A stretch of DNA of 64,000 bases, from contig JAYUJN010000055.1 of NCBI GenBank assembly GCA_043765195.1, forward strand, positions 1,041 through 65,040, written 5' to 3'. The translations under genes were made by a program, and so were the position numbers. The notes under the pieces were generated by a model. That model made no database searches and was not told where the DNA came from. It was given only the letters and a program-made list of their open reading frames with translations. The DNA comes from Bacteroidota bacterium (GTDB lineage Bacteria; Bacteroidota; Bacteroidia; UBA7662; JAYUJN01). Each line of letters opens with the position of its first letter. Positions within the stretch are counted from its first letter, which is position 1. Positions 19,682 through 29,588 of this stretch are shown here, in pieces.

Positions 19682-21193
19682 CTATTCCATTGCCAAAATT
19701 TCCTCTAAATACGTGCGCTCGTTGCTAAGGCGAGGCACTTTGTTTTGCCCGCCGAGCTTGCCTCTGTTTTTCAGCCAGTTGTAAAAAGTCCCCGATTTTA
19801 CGGCTTTTACCACAGGAAAATCCATAGCCAAGTTGCCCTTTCGCTTCGATTCATAGTCGGAGTTTAGGCTTTTTAGAGTTTCGTCCAGCAAAAAGCAAAA
19901 GGTACTAAAATCGTTGGGTGCGGTTTCAAACTCGATAGCCCACTGGTGCGCACCTTTGGTATTTTGGCTCAAAAAAATGGGCGCAGCCGTGTAGTCGGTT
20001 ATGGTGGCGTGGGTTATTTCGCAGGCTATTTTCAGGGCTTTTTCGGCATTTTCTATAATCAACTCCTCGCCAAAGGCATTGATAAAATGCTTGGTACGTC
20101 CCGTAATTTTAAACCTAAAAGGGTATTTGGAAGTAAAACGAATGGTGTCGCCTATGGCATAGCGCCACAGCCCAGCGTTGGTGCTTATAACCACGGCATA
20201 GTTTTGGTGCAGCACTATCTGGCTCAACCCGATGGTTTTTGGGTGTTCTTTTTCAAGTTCGGAGGTGGCTATAAACTCGTAATAAATGCCGTAGTCCAAC
20301 ATGAGCAGCATTTCTTGGCTGTTTTTTTGGTCTTGTATCCCAAAAAAACCTTCGGAGGCATTGTAGGTCTCGAGGTAGTTTACGGCACTCGAGGGCAGGT
20401 ATTGCTCAAACTGTTTGCGGTACGGCTCAAAACTCACGCCGCCGTGGCAATACACCTCGAAGTTGGGCCACAGCTCCAAAATATTGCTTTTGCCTGTGTG
20501 TTCCAGCAGCCAGTTAAACAGCACAATGGTCCAGGTAGGCACGCCCGACACGTTGGTTACATTTTCGTGGAGGGTCGCCAGTCCCATTTTGGCTACTTTT
20601 TCCTCCCAGTTGTCCAGTAGGGCGATGCTGAGGTCGGGCGTGCGCATAAAACTCACCCAAAACGGTAGGTTTTGAATAAGCACCGCCGACAGGTCGCCGT
20701 AGTAAATATCGGAACTAAGCTGGCTTATTTGGTGGCTGCCGCCGATGGCTAAGAGCTTGCCCGAAAAAATTTTGCTCTCGGGGTAATTGTTGCAGTACAT
20801 CGCCAACATATCTTTGCCTGCTTTGTAGTGGCATTCTTCCAAGGCTTCGTTCGAAACGGGTATAAACTTGCTCTTATCGTTGGTAGTGCCGCTGCTTTTT
20901 GCAAACCAACAGGTTTTTGAGTGCCACAAAAGGTTGGTTTCGCCCTGCATCACACGCTCTATATAAGGTTGTAGCTGCTCGTAGCTGCTCACGGGTACAC
21001 GGTTGGCGTATTGCTCGGCGTTGGGTAGCTCGGCATAGCCGTATTTTTGCCCCCAAACCGTGTTTTTGGCATCGTGCAGCAGCTTGCGCCGCACTTCTTC
21101 TTGTACTTCTATGGGGTATTTTATAAATAACTCAATTTGGTGTACACGCTTTTTTATGAGCCACGAGGCTATGGAGTTTATAACCTCTTTCAT
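19682..21193 (-). CDS. GH3 family acyl-acid amido synthetase-like protein
   Basis: FAKSSGTTNDKSKFIP, YNASEGF, GLWRYAIGD, LGGQNKVPRL. Confidence 0.9.
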   Translation of the reverse strand: MKEVINSIASWLIKKRVHQIELFIKYPIEVQEEVRRKLLHDAKNTVWGQKYGYAELPNAEQYANRVPVSSYEQLQPYIERVMQGETNLLWHSKTCWFAKSSGTTNDKSKFIPVSNEALEECHYKAGKDMLAMYCNNYPESKIFSGKLLAIGGSHQISQLSSDIYYGDLSAVLIQNLPFWVSFMRTPDLSIALLDNWEEKVAKMGLATLHENVTNVSGVPTWTIVLFNWLLEHTGKSNILELWPNFEVYCHGGVSFEPYRKQFEQYLPSSAVNYLETYNASEGFFGIQDQKNSQEMLLMLDYGIYYEFIATSELEKEHPKTIGLSQIVLHQNYAVVISTNAGLWRYAIGDTIRFTSKYPFRFKITGRTKHFINAFGEELIIENAEKALKIACEITHATITDYTAAPIFLSQNTKGAHQWAIEFETAPNDFSTFCFLLDETLKSLNSDYESKRKGNLAMDFPVVKAVKSGTFYNWLKNRGKLGGQNKVPRLSNERTYLEEILAME

Positions 21194-21418
21194 TTTTCAA
21201 TCATTTTTTGGGTTATAGGTCGTGGTAGTTTATGGTTTTTTGTGCTGGGTTTGTATTATTGCAAAGATACACAAATTTTTTTTTGCCCAATGCCCTTTTT
21301 TCCGTCGGTTTTTTTGGGTCGTATAGTTTTTTTTGTAAATCTCAATTTTCAACTATTTATTCCAATTTTATTAAATATTTTTGTGGGCAAATTAAACCCA
21401 ACCCAAATTTTTATAGCA

Positions 21419-22375
21419 ATGTCTAAATTGTACCACAGCAACGAAATTAAGCTATTTTCGGCAACGCAATCCATTGAATTGTCGCAAAAAATAGCAGAGT
21501 GTTTTCAAAAGCCGCTCGGAAAAATGACCATAGCCAGGTTTAGCGATGGCGAGTTTCAGCCGAGTTTCGACGAAACGGTGCGTGGTTGCGATGTGTTTAT
21601 CATACAATCTACCACGCCGCCAGCCGACAATTTGATGGAGCTGCTGCTGCTAGTAGATGCCGCCAAGCGGGCTTCGGCGCACTACATCACGGCTATTATA
21701 CCGTATTTTGGTTTTTCTCGCCAGGATAGAAAAGACCGTCCACGTGTAGCCATAGGCGCACGTTTGGTAGCCGATTTGCTCACGGCAGCGGGCGTAACCC
21801 GCATTATGACCATGGACTTGCACGCCCCACAAATTCAGGGTTTTTTCAACCTCCCAGTGGACCATCTCTACGCAAGCTCCGTATTTATACAGTACATCAA
21901 TTCACTTAATTTGCCCAACCTCACCATTTGCTCGCCCGATATGGGCGGCACCGCCCGAGCCCGAGCCTACGCCAGTGCGCTGGGTACGGACATGGTGATA
22001 TGCTCCAAAGAGCGCAAACAAGCCAATGTGGTGAGCAGCATAAGCGTGATAGGCGACGTGCGTGGCAGAGACATTGTGATTATAGACGACATTATAGACA
22101 CCGCTGGCACAATTTGTAAAGTGGCGCAAACCCTCGTGGATAGCGGCGCAAACAGCGTGCGGGCGGTGTGTACCCACGCCGTGCTTTCGGGCAAAGCCTA
22201 CGAAAACCTAAATGCCTCGGTGCTGCAAGAAGTAGTGGTAACCGATACCATACCGCTCGATGCCACTAAAAAATGCGATAAAATAAAACAGATTTCGGTG
22301 GCGCAAATGTTCTCCGATGCCATAAGGCACGTGTACGAGCATACGAGCATCAGCTCATTGTTTGGCGGGCAATAG
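21419..22375 (+). CDS. prs: Ribose-phosphate pyrophosphokinase
   Basis: FSDGE, PYFGFSRQDRK, DLHAPQIQGFF, IIDDIIDTAGT; start moved to ATG 21419. Confidence 0.97.
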   Translation: MSKLYHSNEIKLFSATQSIELSQKIAECFQKPLGKMTIARFSDGEFQPSFDETVRGCDVFIIQSTTPPADNLMELLLLVDAAKRASAHYITAIIPYFGFSRQDRKDRPRVAIGARLVADLLTAAGVTRIMTMDLHAPQIQGFFNLPVDHLYASSVFIQYINSLNLPNLTICSPDMGGTARARAYASALGTDMVICSKERKQANVVSSISVIGDVRGRDIVIIDDIIDTAGTICKVAQTLVDSGANSVRAVCTHAVLSGKAYENLNASVLQEVVVTDTIPLDATKKCDKIKQISVAQMFSDAIRHVYEHTSISSLFGGQ

Positions 22376-22384
22376 GTTGTAGTT

Positions 22385-23047
22385 TTATAAATGCGTGTGT
22401 TTCGCCATCAAACAGGCTTTGTTGGTGCTTACAAGTATTTCGAGGTTTGGTTTGGCAATGTCCAGCGGAATTTTTAGTGCGTTGGGGCTGCGCTTATCGA
22501 AGGGCGGCGGCGGTTTTGCGCCCGTCCAATGCTGCAAAAAATGGATAGGGCAGGTGTAAAAAAAACGCTCTATCTGGTAGTTTTTTTGCCACAGCTGCAG
22601 TTTTTCGTTTATTTCTTCAAAAAACCGATACGAGTTTTGCAACCTAAGCCTCGACCCCTCGCTGTGCCGTGGTTTAATTTTTTGTTGCAAAAGCTCTGCC
22701 CTGCCTTGCTTGGCACGCACCATGTATTTTTTTATAACCTTGTGCTGCACCATTTCGCCTTGCTCAAAATACCCCAACGCCGCACTGCCAGCCTGTATAA
22801 GCACAATGCAATAATTGGGTATGTGCGGCTGCACCCGCTCGGCGTAAGCCCACAAAAATTCGTGGGGGGCAATGGGCGTAAACGGCAGCGGAAACCGAAA
22901 TATTTGGGTTGTATTGCCCGTTTGTGGGTCGCTTATTTCGAGCTGGTGTTTTTTATGGTTTAAAAAATGCGGCTTGGGCGGCGGCTGGCTTATGTAGCTT
23001 TTTAGCTGGTGGTAGGCTTGGGTATAATCCAAGTGTTGGGTCGTCAT
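22385..23047 (-). CDS. Bacteroidetes VLRF1 (Vms1-like release factor) domain protein
   Basis: LIQAGSAALGYF...HKVIKKYMVRAKQG...GSRLR...FFEEINEKL...KIPL pattern. Confidence 0.75.
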   Translation of the reverse strand: MTTQHLDYTQAYHQLKSYISQPPPKPHFLNHKKHQLEISDPQTGNTTQIFRFPLPFTPIAPHEFLWAYAERVQPHIPNYCIVLIQAGSAALGYFEQGEMVQHKVIKKYMVRAKQGRAELLQQKIKPRHSEGSRLRLQNSYRFFEEINEKLQLWQKNYQIERFFYTCPIHFLQHWTGAKPPPPFDKRSPNALKIPLDIAKPNLEILVSTNKACLMAKHTHL

Positions 23048-23085
23048 TTTTTATAGCAATGTATTTTTTGGGCAAAGGCGTTGGT

Positions 23086-24108
23086 TTACACCTTTTTATC
23101 CATTACCCAAAACCAAACTGGCGGCAGCAACGCCAGCAGCATCATGCCTGGGTAGCCCGTGGGCATTTGCGGCGTGTTGGGGTGGTTTTGTAGCACTTGG
23201 TAGGTGCGGCTGGCTTTGTAGTGGTGGTCGCTGTGCCGAGAAAGCTCGAACAAAACCAGCCGCCCCACTACGTGGTTCGAGTTCCAAGAATGGTGCGGCT
23301 GCACCCGCTCGTAGCTGGTTTCGGTAGTGGCTTTGCGGCTTAGTCCGTAGTGTTCTATGTAGTTTACGGTTTCCAAAAGTAAAAAACCGATGGCAGCCGC
23401 AGGCAGGTAGTACAGCAGCGTTTGCGCCCCACAAAAATAGGCTATTGCCCCCAAAAACGACGCTTGTGCCACCGTAAAACGCAGCATTTCGTTGTGCCAG
23501 CTCCAAAAACTTTTGCCCGCTTTTTTCAGTTGGTTAGCCTCTATGTGCCACGCCGATAGGTAGCTACCCAAGGTAGAGCGCACCCAAAATGCGTAGAGGT
23601 TTTCGCCCTTTGTAGCCGAGGCGGGGTCGTGGCTGGTGGCTACGTGTTTGTGGTGTCCACGGTTGTGTTCTATAAAAAAGTGCGTGTAAAGTGCGGGCAG
23701 CAGCAGCAGTTTGGCTATGTTTTGCTCGTGTGCATTTACCCGATGCCCAAGCTCGTGCGCCACATTGATGCCCAGCACGCCCAAACCCAAACCCAAGGCT
23801 ACTATCAAGCCCGCCCGCTCGGTGCTGCTTAGTGCGGGGCTGTTTATTTGCCATAAAAACAGCAAAACCAAGCCATAAAGCACTGGCAACATCGTGTAGG
23901 TAAGTACATCGTAAAACGCATCTTTTTTTGCGATGGCTTCTTCGGCTTCTGATAAATTTTTGTGGTCGGGTTTTAAAAAAAGCTCTAAAAACGGCACAAA
24001 ACCAAATACATAGCCCAGCGGCAGCCAAACCCAAGCATTTTTTAGGTAAAAAGCCAGCAGAATGGTTACGGGAAGTATAAAAGCAGCCAGATATTTGATT
24101 TTTTGCAT
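23086..24108 (-). CDS. alkB: Alkane 1-monooxygenase (membrane di-iron family)
   Basis: His boxes HELGH, EHNRGHH, NYIEHYG and RHSDHH; several TM helices. Confidence 0.9.
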   Translation of the reverse strand: MQKIKYLAAFILPVTILLAFYLKNAWVWLPLGYVFGFVPFLELFLKPDHKNLSEAEEAIAKKDAFYDVLTYTMLPVLYGLVLLFLWQINSPALSSTERAGLIVALGLGLGVLGINVAHELGHRVNAHEQNIAKLLLLPALYTHFFIEHNRGHHKHVATSHDPASATKGENLYAFWVRSTLGSYLSAWHIEANQLKKAGKSFWSWHNEMLRFTVAQASFLGAIAYFCGAQTLLYYLPAAAIGFLLLETVNYIEHYGLSRKATTETSYERVQPHHSWNSNHVVGRLVLFELSRHSDHHYKASRTYQVLQNHPNTPQMPTGYPGMMLLALLPPVWFWVMDKKV

Positions 24109-24161
24109 GGTTTGTAGTTGTTATCATTTGTGTAACACACAAAATACCGATTTTGATTTTA

Positions 24162-25391
24162 TTAGCCTTTAAATTGTATGGTTTTTACGATGCTTAGTTT
24201 ATTTATAACCAAAAGCGGTACCCAAAGCATGGTGGCGCACGCCATTAAACTGCCCACATTCAACCAAAAAACCTGTGCGCTGGTGATGTAAACGGGGACT
24301 TCGCTCACGTAGTATGATTGGGCGGGCAGTTTTAGGAAACCCGTTTGTTTTTGCGCATAAATAATGAGCAGCCCCAGCCCGTTGCCCAGCAGCAAACCAA
24401 TGGCGATGAGGTAAGTGCCTGTGTAAAAAAACATTTTTTTGATGCCAAAGTTCGTCAAGCCAAGTGCTTTTAGCAGCCCGATGGTGGTGGTTTTTTCTAA
24501 AATTAAAATGAGCAATGCCGAAACCATGTTGATGCCCGCCACCAAAACCATGATGCCGATAATTACTTTTTGGTTGGTATCAAAGAGGCTCAACCACGAA
24601 AAAAGTTGGGGGTACAGCTCTTGTATGTTTTGCGCATTTTCGGTGATGGGCAGCGCATCTCGCACGGTTTCGGTGGTAGCGTTCAGGTTTTTTAGGTTTT
24701 TTGTGTATATTTCGTAGCCGCCTATCTGGTTTTTTGCCCACCCATTTAGCCTTTGTATTTGGCGTAGGTCGGCTATCACAATGGGTTTGCCCAGCTCGGC
24801 TTCTATGCCAAGGTTGTAAATGCCCGCCACGGTAAAAGCCCGCATTCGGGGCGGTTGCTCTATAAAATACACGGGTAGGCGGCTGCCCACGTGCAGCTCC
24901 AAGCGGTTGGCGAGTAGCTGCGAAACCAAAATTTGGTTGCTGGGCAGGCTATCGGCTGCATTTATGCTAAAAACTGTGCCTGCCACCATTTTACTTTTTA
25001 AAAAAACGGTGGAAAAACTGCTGTCTATCCCTTTTAGTACAATGCCCTCGAACTGCTGGCTGGTTTTGGCTATGGCGGCTTTTAGCGCAAAACTTTGTAC
25101 GTGTGCCACGTTTTCTATCTTGGCTATTTGTGTGCTAAGTGCGGCATTTTGTACAATCGGTTGGCTGTCGGTGATGCTGTTTGGGTTCAGTTTTGTAACC
25201 TGTATGCTGCCCCAAAAACCCGTAATTTCTTCGGGTATTGCTTTTTGAAACCCGCCCACCACCGCCACCGATACCAGCATGGTAGCCAGCCCAATGGCTA
25301 TGCCGCCTATCGCTATTTTTACGATGAGTTTGCCAAACAGCCCCTGCCCACGCAAGGTGGTGCGCTCAAATAAATAGTAAGAAAAATTCAA
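24162..25391 (-). CDS. ABC transporter permease, LolC/E (FtsX/MacB) family
   Basis: N-terminal TM, periplasmic domain, ILILEKTTTIGLLKALG, YYVSEVP. Confidence 0.88.
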   Translation of the reverse strand: MNFSYYLFERTTLRGQGLFGKLIVKIAIGGIAIGLATMLVSVAVVGGFQKAIPEEITGFWGSIQVTKLNPNSITDSQPIVQNAALSTQIAKIENVAHVQSFALKAAIAKTSQQFEGIVLKGIDSSFSTVFLKSKMVAGTVFSINAADSLPSNQILVSQLLANRLELHVGSRLPVYFIEQPPRMRAFTVAGIYNLGIEAELGKPIVIADLRQIQRLNGWAKNQIGGYEIYTKNLKNLNATTETVRDALPITENAQNIQELYPQLFSWLSLFDTNQKVIIGIMVLVAGINMVSALLILILEKTTTIGLLKALGLTNFGIKKMFFYTGTYLIAIGLLLGNGLGLLIIYAQKQTGFLKLPAQSYYVSEVPVYITSAQVFWLNVGSLMACATMLWVPLLVINKLSIVKTIQFKG

Positions 25392-25529
25392 ATGCTTTGG
25401 GTGTATAAAGTGGTTTTTTGGGTGGCATATTGCTTTTTGGGCATAAACCGTTGCTGGTAATTAAATTATCCATTGTAAAGGTATGAAAAAATGCTTAATT
25501 TTGCAAAAATATTAGAGCAATACAACCCA

Positions 25530-28343
25530 ATGCAAGACGAAGTTATAGAAATTTTTGGCGCAAGAGAACATAATTTAAAAAACATAGATTTAACCATACC
25601 ACGCAATAAATTGGTGGTTTTTACGGGCATGAGTGGCAGCGGCAAGTCTTCGCTTGCCTTCGACACGCTTTTTGCGGAGGGGCAGCGCAGGTATATGGAG
25701 AGTTTTTCGGCGTATGCACGGCAGTTTATAGGCAATTTGCAGCGACCAGATGTAGATAAAATAGAGGGACTTAGCCCCGTGATTTCGATAGAGCAAAAAA
25801 CCACCAACCGCAACCCACGCTCTACGGTGGGTACAGTTACCGAAATTTACGATTTTTTGCGCTTGCTTTTTGCCCGAATTGGTACGGCGCACAGCTATGT
25901 AACTGGCTTGCCGATGGTAAAAATGAGCGAAGACCAAATCCTTCGCCAAATTTTTGAGCAATACGCTGACAAAAAAATAGCCATACTTGCACCGCTTATC
26001 AGAGCCAGAAAAGGGCATTATCGGGAGCTTTTTGAGCAAATACGCAAGCAAGGCTACCTAAAAGTGCGTGTAGATGGCGAAATGCTCGACCTTAGTGAGC
26101 GCATACAACTGGACCGCTACAAAACCCACGACATAGAAGTGGTGATAGACCGTGTGGAAATAACCGAAGACAATAGAACCCGCCTAAGCCAGAGCATTGC
26201 TACGGCACTAAAAACGGGCAAAGGCACGATTCAGCTCATGGATTTGGAGAGCGCAAAAACGGCTTTTTTCAGCAGCCTGCTCATGTGTGTGGAGAGCGGC
26301 ATTGCGTACGACGAGCCGCAGCCCAATAGTTTTTCGTTTAACTCGCCCTACGGCGCTTGCCCACACTGCGACGGCTTGGGTAGTATGCCCTCCGTTTCCA
26401 TAGATACCATAATACCCGACCCAAGCCTAAGCATAAAAGACGGCGGTATAGCGGCTTTTGGCGAGTACAGAGACGTGTGGACGTACAGAATTATAGATAT
26501 TTTGGCAAAAAAGTACAAGTTTAGCACCAGCGTACCTATAAAAGACTTGTCGGAAAATGTAAAAAAAATGCTTTTTGAAGGCACGGCGGATTACAACTCT
26601 AACCTGTCTTTTTCGGAAAACTACGACCAAAAAGCCTTTGAGGGCATTAGAGCCATGCTCATTCGCTACTACAAAAGCCCCGATGCCGAGTACCTAAGCC
26701 GCTGGGCGGAGCAGTTTGTGCAGCAAGACCCTTGCCCTGAGTGCGCTGGCGCAAGGCTTAAAAAGGAGTCGCTTTATTTTCTCATTGCCCAAAAAAACAT
26801 AGCCGAGCTTACCCAAATGGACTTGATAGAGTTGCAGGCTTGGTTTGAGGCATTGCCCCAAAAACTAAAAAAACGAGAATTGAGCATCGCCCAAGAAATT
26901 GTGAAAGAAATAGTGGAGCGCTCGGGTTTTTTGAACAACATTGGGCTTACGTACCTAAGCCTGAGCCGAGGCTCAAAGACCCTTTCTGGCGGCGAAAGCC
27001 AGCGCATTCGGTTGGCTACGCAAATAGGCTCGCAGCTCACGGGCGTGCTTTATATACTGGACGAACCCAGCATTGGGCTGCACCAGCGGGACAACCAGCG
27101 GCTCATACAATCGCTGAAAAACCTGCGGGACATAGGCAACTCGGTGATTGTGGTGGAGCATGACAAGGACATGATTTTGCAAAGTGATTTTGTGGTGGAT
27201 ATTGGTCCGGGGGCGGGTAAGTTTGGCGGGCAAATTGTATCCATAGGTACGCCCGAGCAGTTTGCGCACAGCCACACCATTACCGCCGACTACTTAAACG
27301 GTACACGAAGTATAGCCGTGCCAGAGGCTCGTAGGCAGGGCAATGGGTTGTACCTGACCCTAAATGGCTGCACGGGCAACAACCTAAAAAAACTAAGTAT
27401 TGCTTTTCCGCTCGGGAAATTTATATGCGTTACGGGCGTTTCGGGCAGCGGAAAATCCACGCTCATAAACGAAACATTGTACCCAATACTAAGCCAGCAT
27501 TTTTATAGAAGCAAGCAAAAACCGCTGGCGTACCAAAGCATTGTGGGCTTGGAAAACGTGGATAAGGTAATAGAAATAGACCAAAGCCCGATAGGGCGCA
27601 CGCCACGGAGTAATCCTGCTACTTATACGGGCGTTTTTACGAACATTCGCAGCTTGTACGCCGAGCTGCCCGAAGCCAAAATTAGGGGATATGCCGCAGG
27701 GCGGTTTTCGTTTAATGTGCGTGGCGGTAGGTGCGAAACCTGCGGCGGCGGCGGTATGCGCATTATAGAAATGAATTTTATGCCCGATGTGGAGGTAGTG
27801 TGCGAAACTTGCAACGGAAAAAGGTATAACCGAGAAACGCTCGAGGTGCGGTTTAAAGGAAAAAGCATCAATGACGTGTTGAACATGAGCATAGACGAAG
27901 GCGTGCTGTTTTTTGAGAACCAACCCGCCATTTTGCGCCGCATAAAAACCTTGCAAGACGTGGGGCTGGGCTACATAACGATAGGGCAAAGCTCGACCAC
28001 GCTGTCGGGGGGCGAGGCGCAACGGGTAAAACTGGCTACGGAACTAAGCAAAAGAGACACTGGAAAAACTTTTTATATACTGGACGAACCCACCACGGGT
28101 TTGCATTTTGAGGACGTGAAAGTGCTGCTGGGCGTGCTGCAAAAACTCGCCGACCGAGGCAATACCGTACTCGTAATAGAGCATAACCTCGATGTAATAA
28201 AGGTGGCAGACCATATTATAGACATTGGTTTGGAGGGCGGCAGAAACGGCGGCACGCTGCTTTACGAAGGCACGCCCGAGCTGATGCTCAACCACCAGCA
28301 CAGCCACACAGCTACTTACCTAAAAGTGGAAATGGAGGCGTAG
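25530..28343 (+). CDS. uvrA: Excinuclease ABC subunit A
   Basis: GAREHNLKN, two Walker A motifs (GMSGSGKS, GVSGSGKS), LSGGE twice, zinc fingers. Confidence 0.98.
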   Translation: MQDEVIEIFGAREHNLKNIDLTIPRNKLVVFTGMSGSGKSSLAFDTLFAEGQRRYMESFSAYARQFIGNLQRPDVDKIEGLSPVISIEQKTTNRNPRSTVGTVTEIYDFLRLLFARIGTAHSYVTGLPMVKMSEDQILRQIFEQYADKKIAILAPLIRARKGHYRELFEQIRKQGYLKVRVDGEMLDLSERIQLDRYKTHDIEVVIDRVEITEDNRTRLSQSIATALKTGKGTIQLMDLESAKTAFFSSLLMCVESGIAYDEPQPNSFSFNSPYGACPHCDGLGSMPSVSIDTIIPDPSLSIKDGGIAAFGEYRDVWTYRIIDILAKKYKFSTSVPIKDLSENVKKMLFEGTADYNSNLSFSENYDQKAFEGIRAMLIRYYKSPDAEYLSRWAEQFVQQDPCPECAGARLKKESLYFLIAQKNIAELTQMDLIELQAWFEALPQKLKKRELSIAQEIVKEIVERSGFLNNIGLTYLSLSRGSKTLSGGESQRIRLATQIGSQLTGVLYILDEPSIGLHQRDNQRLIQSLKNLRDIGNSVIVVEHDKDMILQSDFVVDIGPGAGKFGGQIVSIGTPEQFAHSHTITADYLNGTRSIAVPEARRQGNGLYLTLNGCTGNNLKKLSIAFPLGKFICVTGVSGSGKSTLINETLYPILSQHFYRSKQKPLAYQSIVGLENVDKVIEIDQSPIGRTPRSNPATYTGVFTNIRSLYAELPEAKIRGYAAGRFSFNVRGGRCETCGGGGMRIIEMNFMPDVEVVCETCNGKRYNRETLEVRFKGKSINDVLNMSIDEGVLFFENQPAILRRIKTLQDVGLGYITIGQSSTTLSGGEAQRVKLATELSKRDTGKTFYILDEPTTGLHFEDVKVLLGVLQKLADRGNTVLVIEHNLDVIKVADHIIDIGLEGGRNGGTLLYEGTPELMLNHQHSHTATYLKVEMEA

Positions 28344-28356
28344 GGTGTTGGGTTTT

Positions 28357-28662
28357 GGTCGTTGAGCGTAGCCGAAACGCCTCTTGTCCGAACAGGATTA
28401 CAGGATTTTAGGATTTTCAAGATTGCGGTAAAAATCCTGTTCTTACAATGTTGGTACAGACGTTGCACTGCAACGTCTCGGGTATTGTGGTGGAAAATCA
28501 TGGCGGAGACGCGATTAATCGCGTCTGTACATATTTGTTCAAAATTCATGGTCGTTGAGGGTAGCCGAAGCGACCCTTCGGCTACCCTCAGGGTACAGTT
28601 CGTTGAGCGTAGCCGAAACGACCCTTCGGCTACGCTCAGGGTACAGTTCGTTTAGCGCAGCC
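28357..28662. repeat. Composite REP-like palindromic repeat array
   Basis: GTCGTTGAGCGTAGCCGAAACG units with inverted CTTCGGCTACGCTCA partners, CAGGATT/AATCCTG repeats, GACGTTGCACTGCAACGTC and GACGCGATTAATCGCGTC palindromes, between convergent genes. Confidence 0.85.
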
Positions 28663-28672
28663 CAAACCAATT

Positions 28673-29308
28673 TTACAAATTCGGCTGGGGCGTAGTGCGC
28701 AGGTAAGGCTTTATTTTTGTATGCCCTTTCGGAAACTTCTGGGCGATGTCCTCATCTTTCACAGCCATTGTAATAATTACATCGTCGCCGTGCTGCCAGT
28801 CGGCGGGCGTGGCTACCGAGTAGTTTGCGGTGAGTTGTAGCGAGTCTATGACCCTAAGCAGCTCATCGAAGTTGCGCCCTGTGGAGGCTGGGTAGGTGAG
28901 CATCAGCTTAATTTTTTTGTCGGGCGCAATAATAAACACGCTGCGCACCGTCATGTTGTCCAGCGCATTGGGGTGAATCATGTCGTAGAGGTTGGCTATG
29001 CTCTTGTCAGCGTCGGCTATCAGCGGAAAAGTTACCTCCGTGCCTTGGGTTTCGTTTATATCGCTAATCCAAGCGTGGTGTTTTATGAGTTCATCTACAC
29101 TTATGGCAATCATTTTTACGTTGCGCTTCGCAAAATCTTGGGTTCTTTTGGCTGCTGCGCCCAGCTCGGTGGTGCAAACGGGTGTATAATCCGCAGGGTG
29201 CGAAAAAAATATTACCCAGCCGTCGCCAGCCCATTCATGAAAATCTATTTCGCCGATGGTGGTTTGTGCCGTAAAATTGGGTGCGGTGTCGCCAAGTCGT
29301 AGGGTCAT
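28673..29308 (-). CDS. 1-Cys peroxiredoxin (Prx6 family)
   Basis: FSHPADYTPVCTTE, YPASTGRNFDE, ATPADW. Confidence 0.95.
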   Translation of the reverse strand: MTLRLGDTAPNFTAQTTIGEIDFHEWAGDGWVIFFSHPADYTPVCTTELGAAAKRTQDFAKRNVKMIAISVDELIKHHAWISDINETQGTEVTFPLIADADKSIANLYDMIHPNALDNMTVRSVFIIAPDKKIKLMLTYPASTGRNFDELLRVIDSLQLTANYSVATPADWQHGDDVIITMAVKDEDIAQKFPKGHTKIKPYLRTTPQPNL

Positions 29309-29523
29309 TTTGTGGTTATTTTAAGTTTTTTGTGTAAAATGTGTGTTTTTATTCTATTAAAACGAAAAATAAATGAAAATAGTTTTGAATATCGCAAAAA
29401 ATGCGACTAAATATTGAAAAAAGATACATATTTTTTATTTTAATAATATGGGCTTTAAATTGTAATATTTTTTGGCTAAAAATATTTTAAGTTAAACAAA
29501 GTTATATTTTGCTGTTTTCAAGC

Positions 29524-29562
29524 ATAGTACCTTGCAATGCAAAGTACTATACGATACCTTTG
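29524..29562 (+). promoter_or_regulatory. Palindromic operator overlapping the padR promoter (-7 box TACCTTTG)
   Basis: ATAGTACCTTGCA-A-TGCAAAGTACTAT near-perfect inverted repeat at 29524-29550, followed by a TAnnTTTG box at 29555-29562. Confidence 0.7.
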
Positions 29563-29588
29563 TGCCATCATTAAACAAAAAACACCAA

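Noticed and set aside
28357-28662. Repeat arrays here and at 61704-62208 as CRISPR
   Set aside because: Units are palindromic, mixed in orientation and type, spacers are irregular or repeated, and there are no cas genes.
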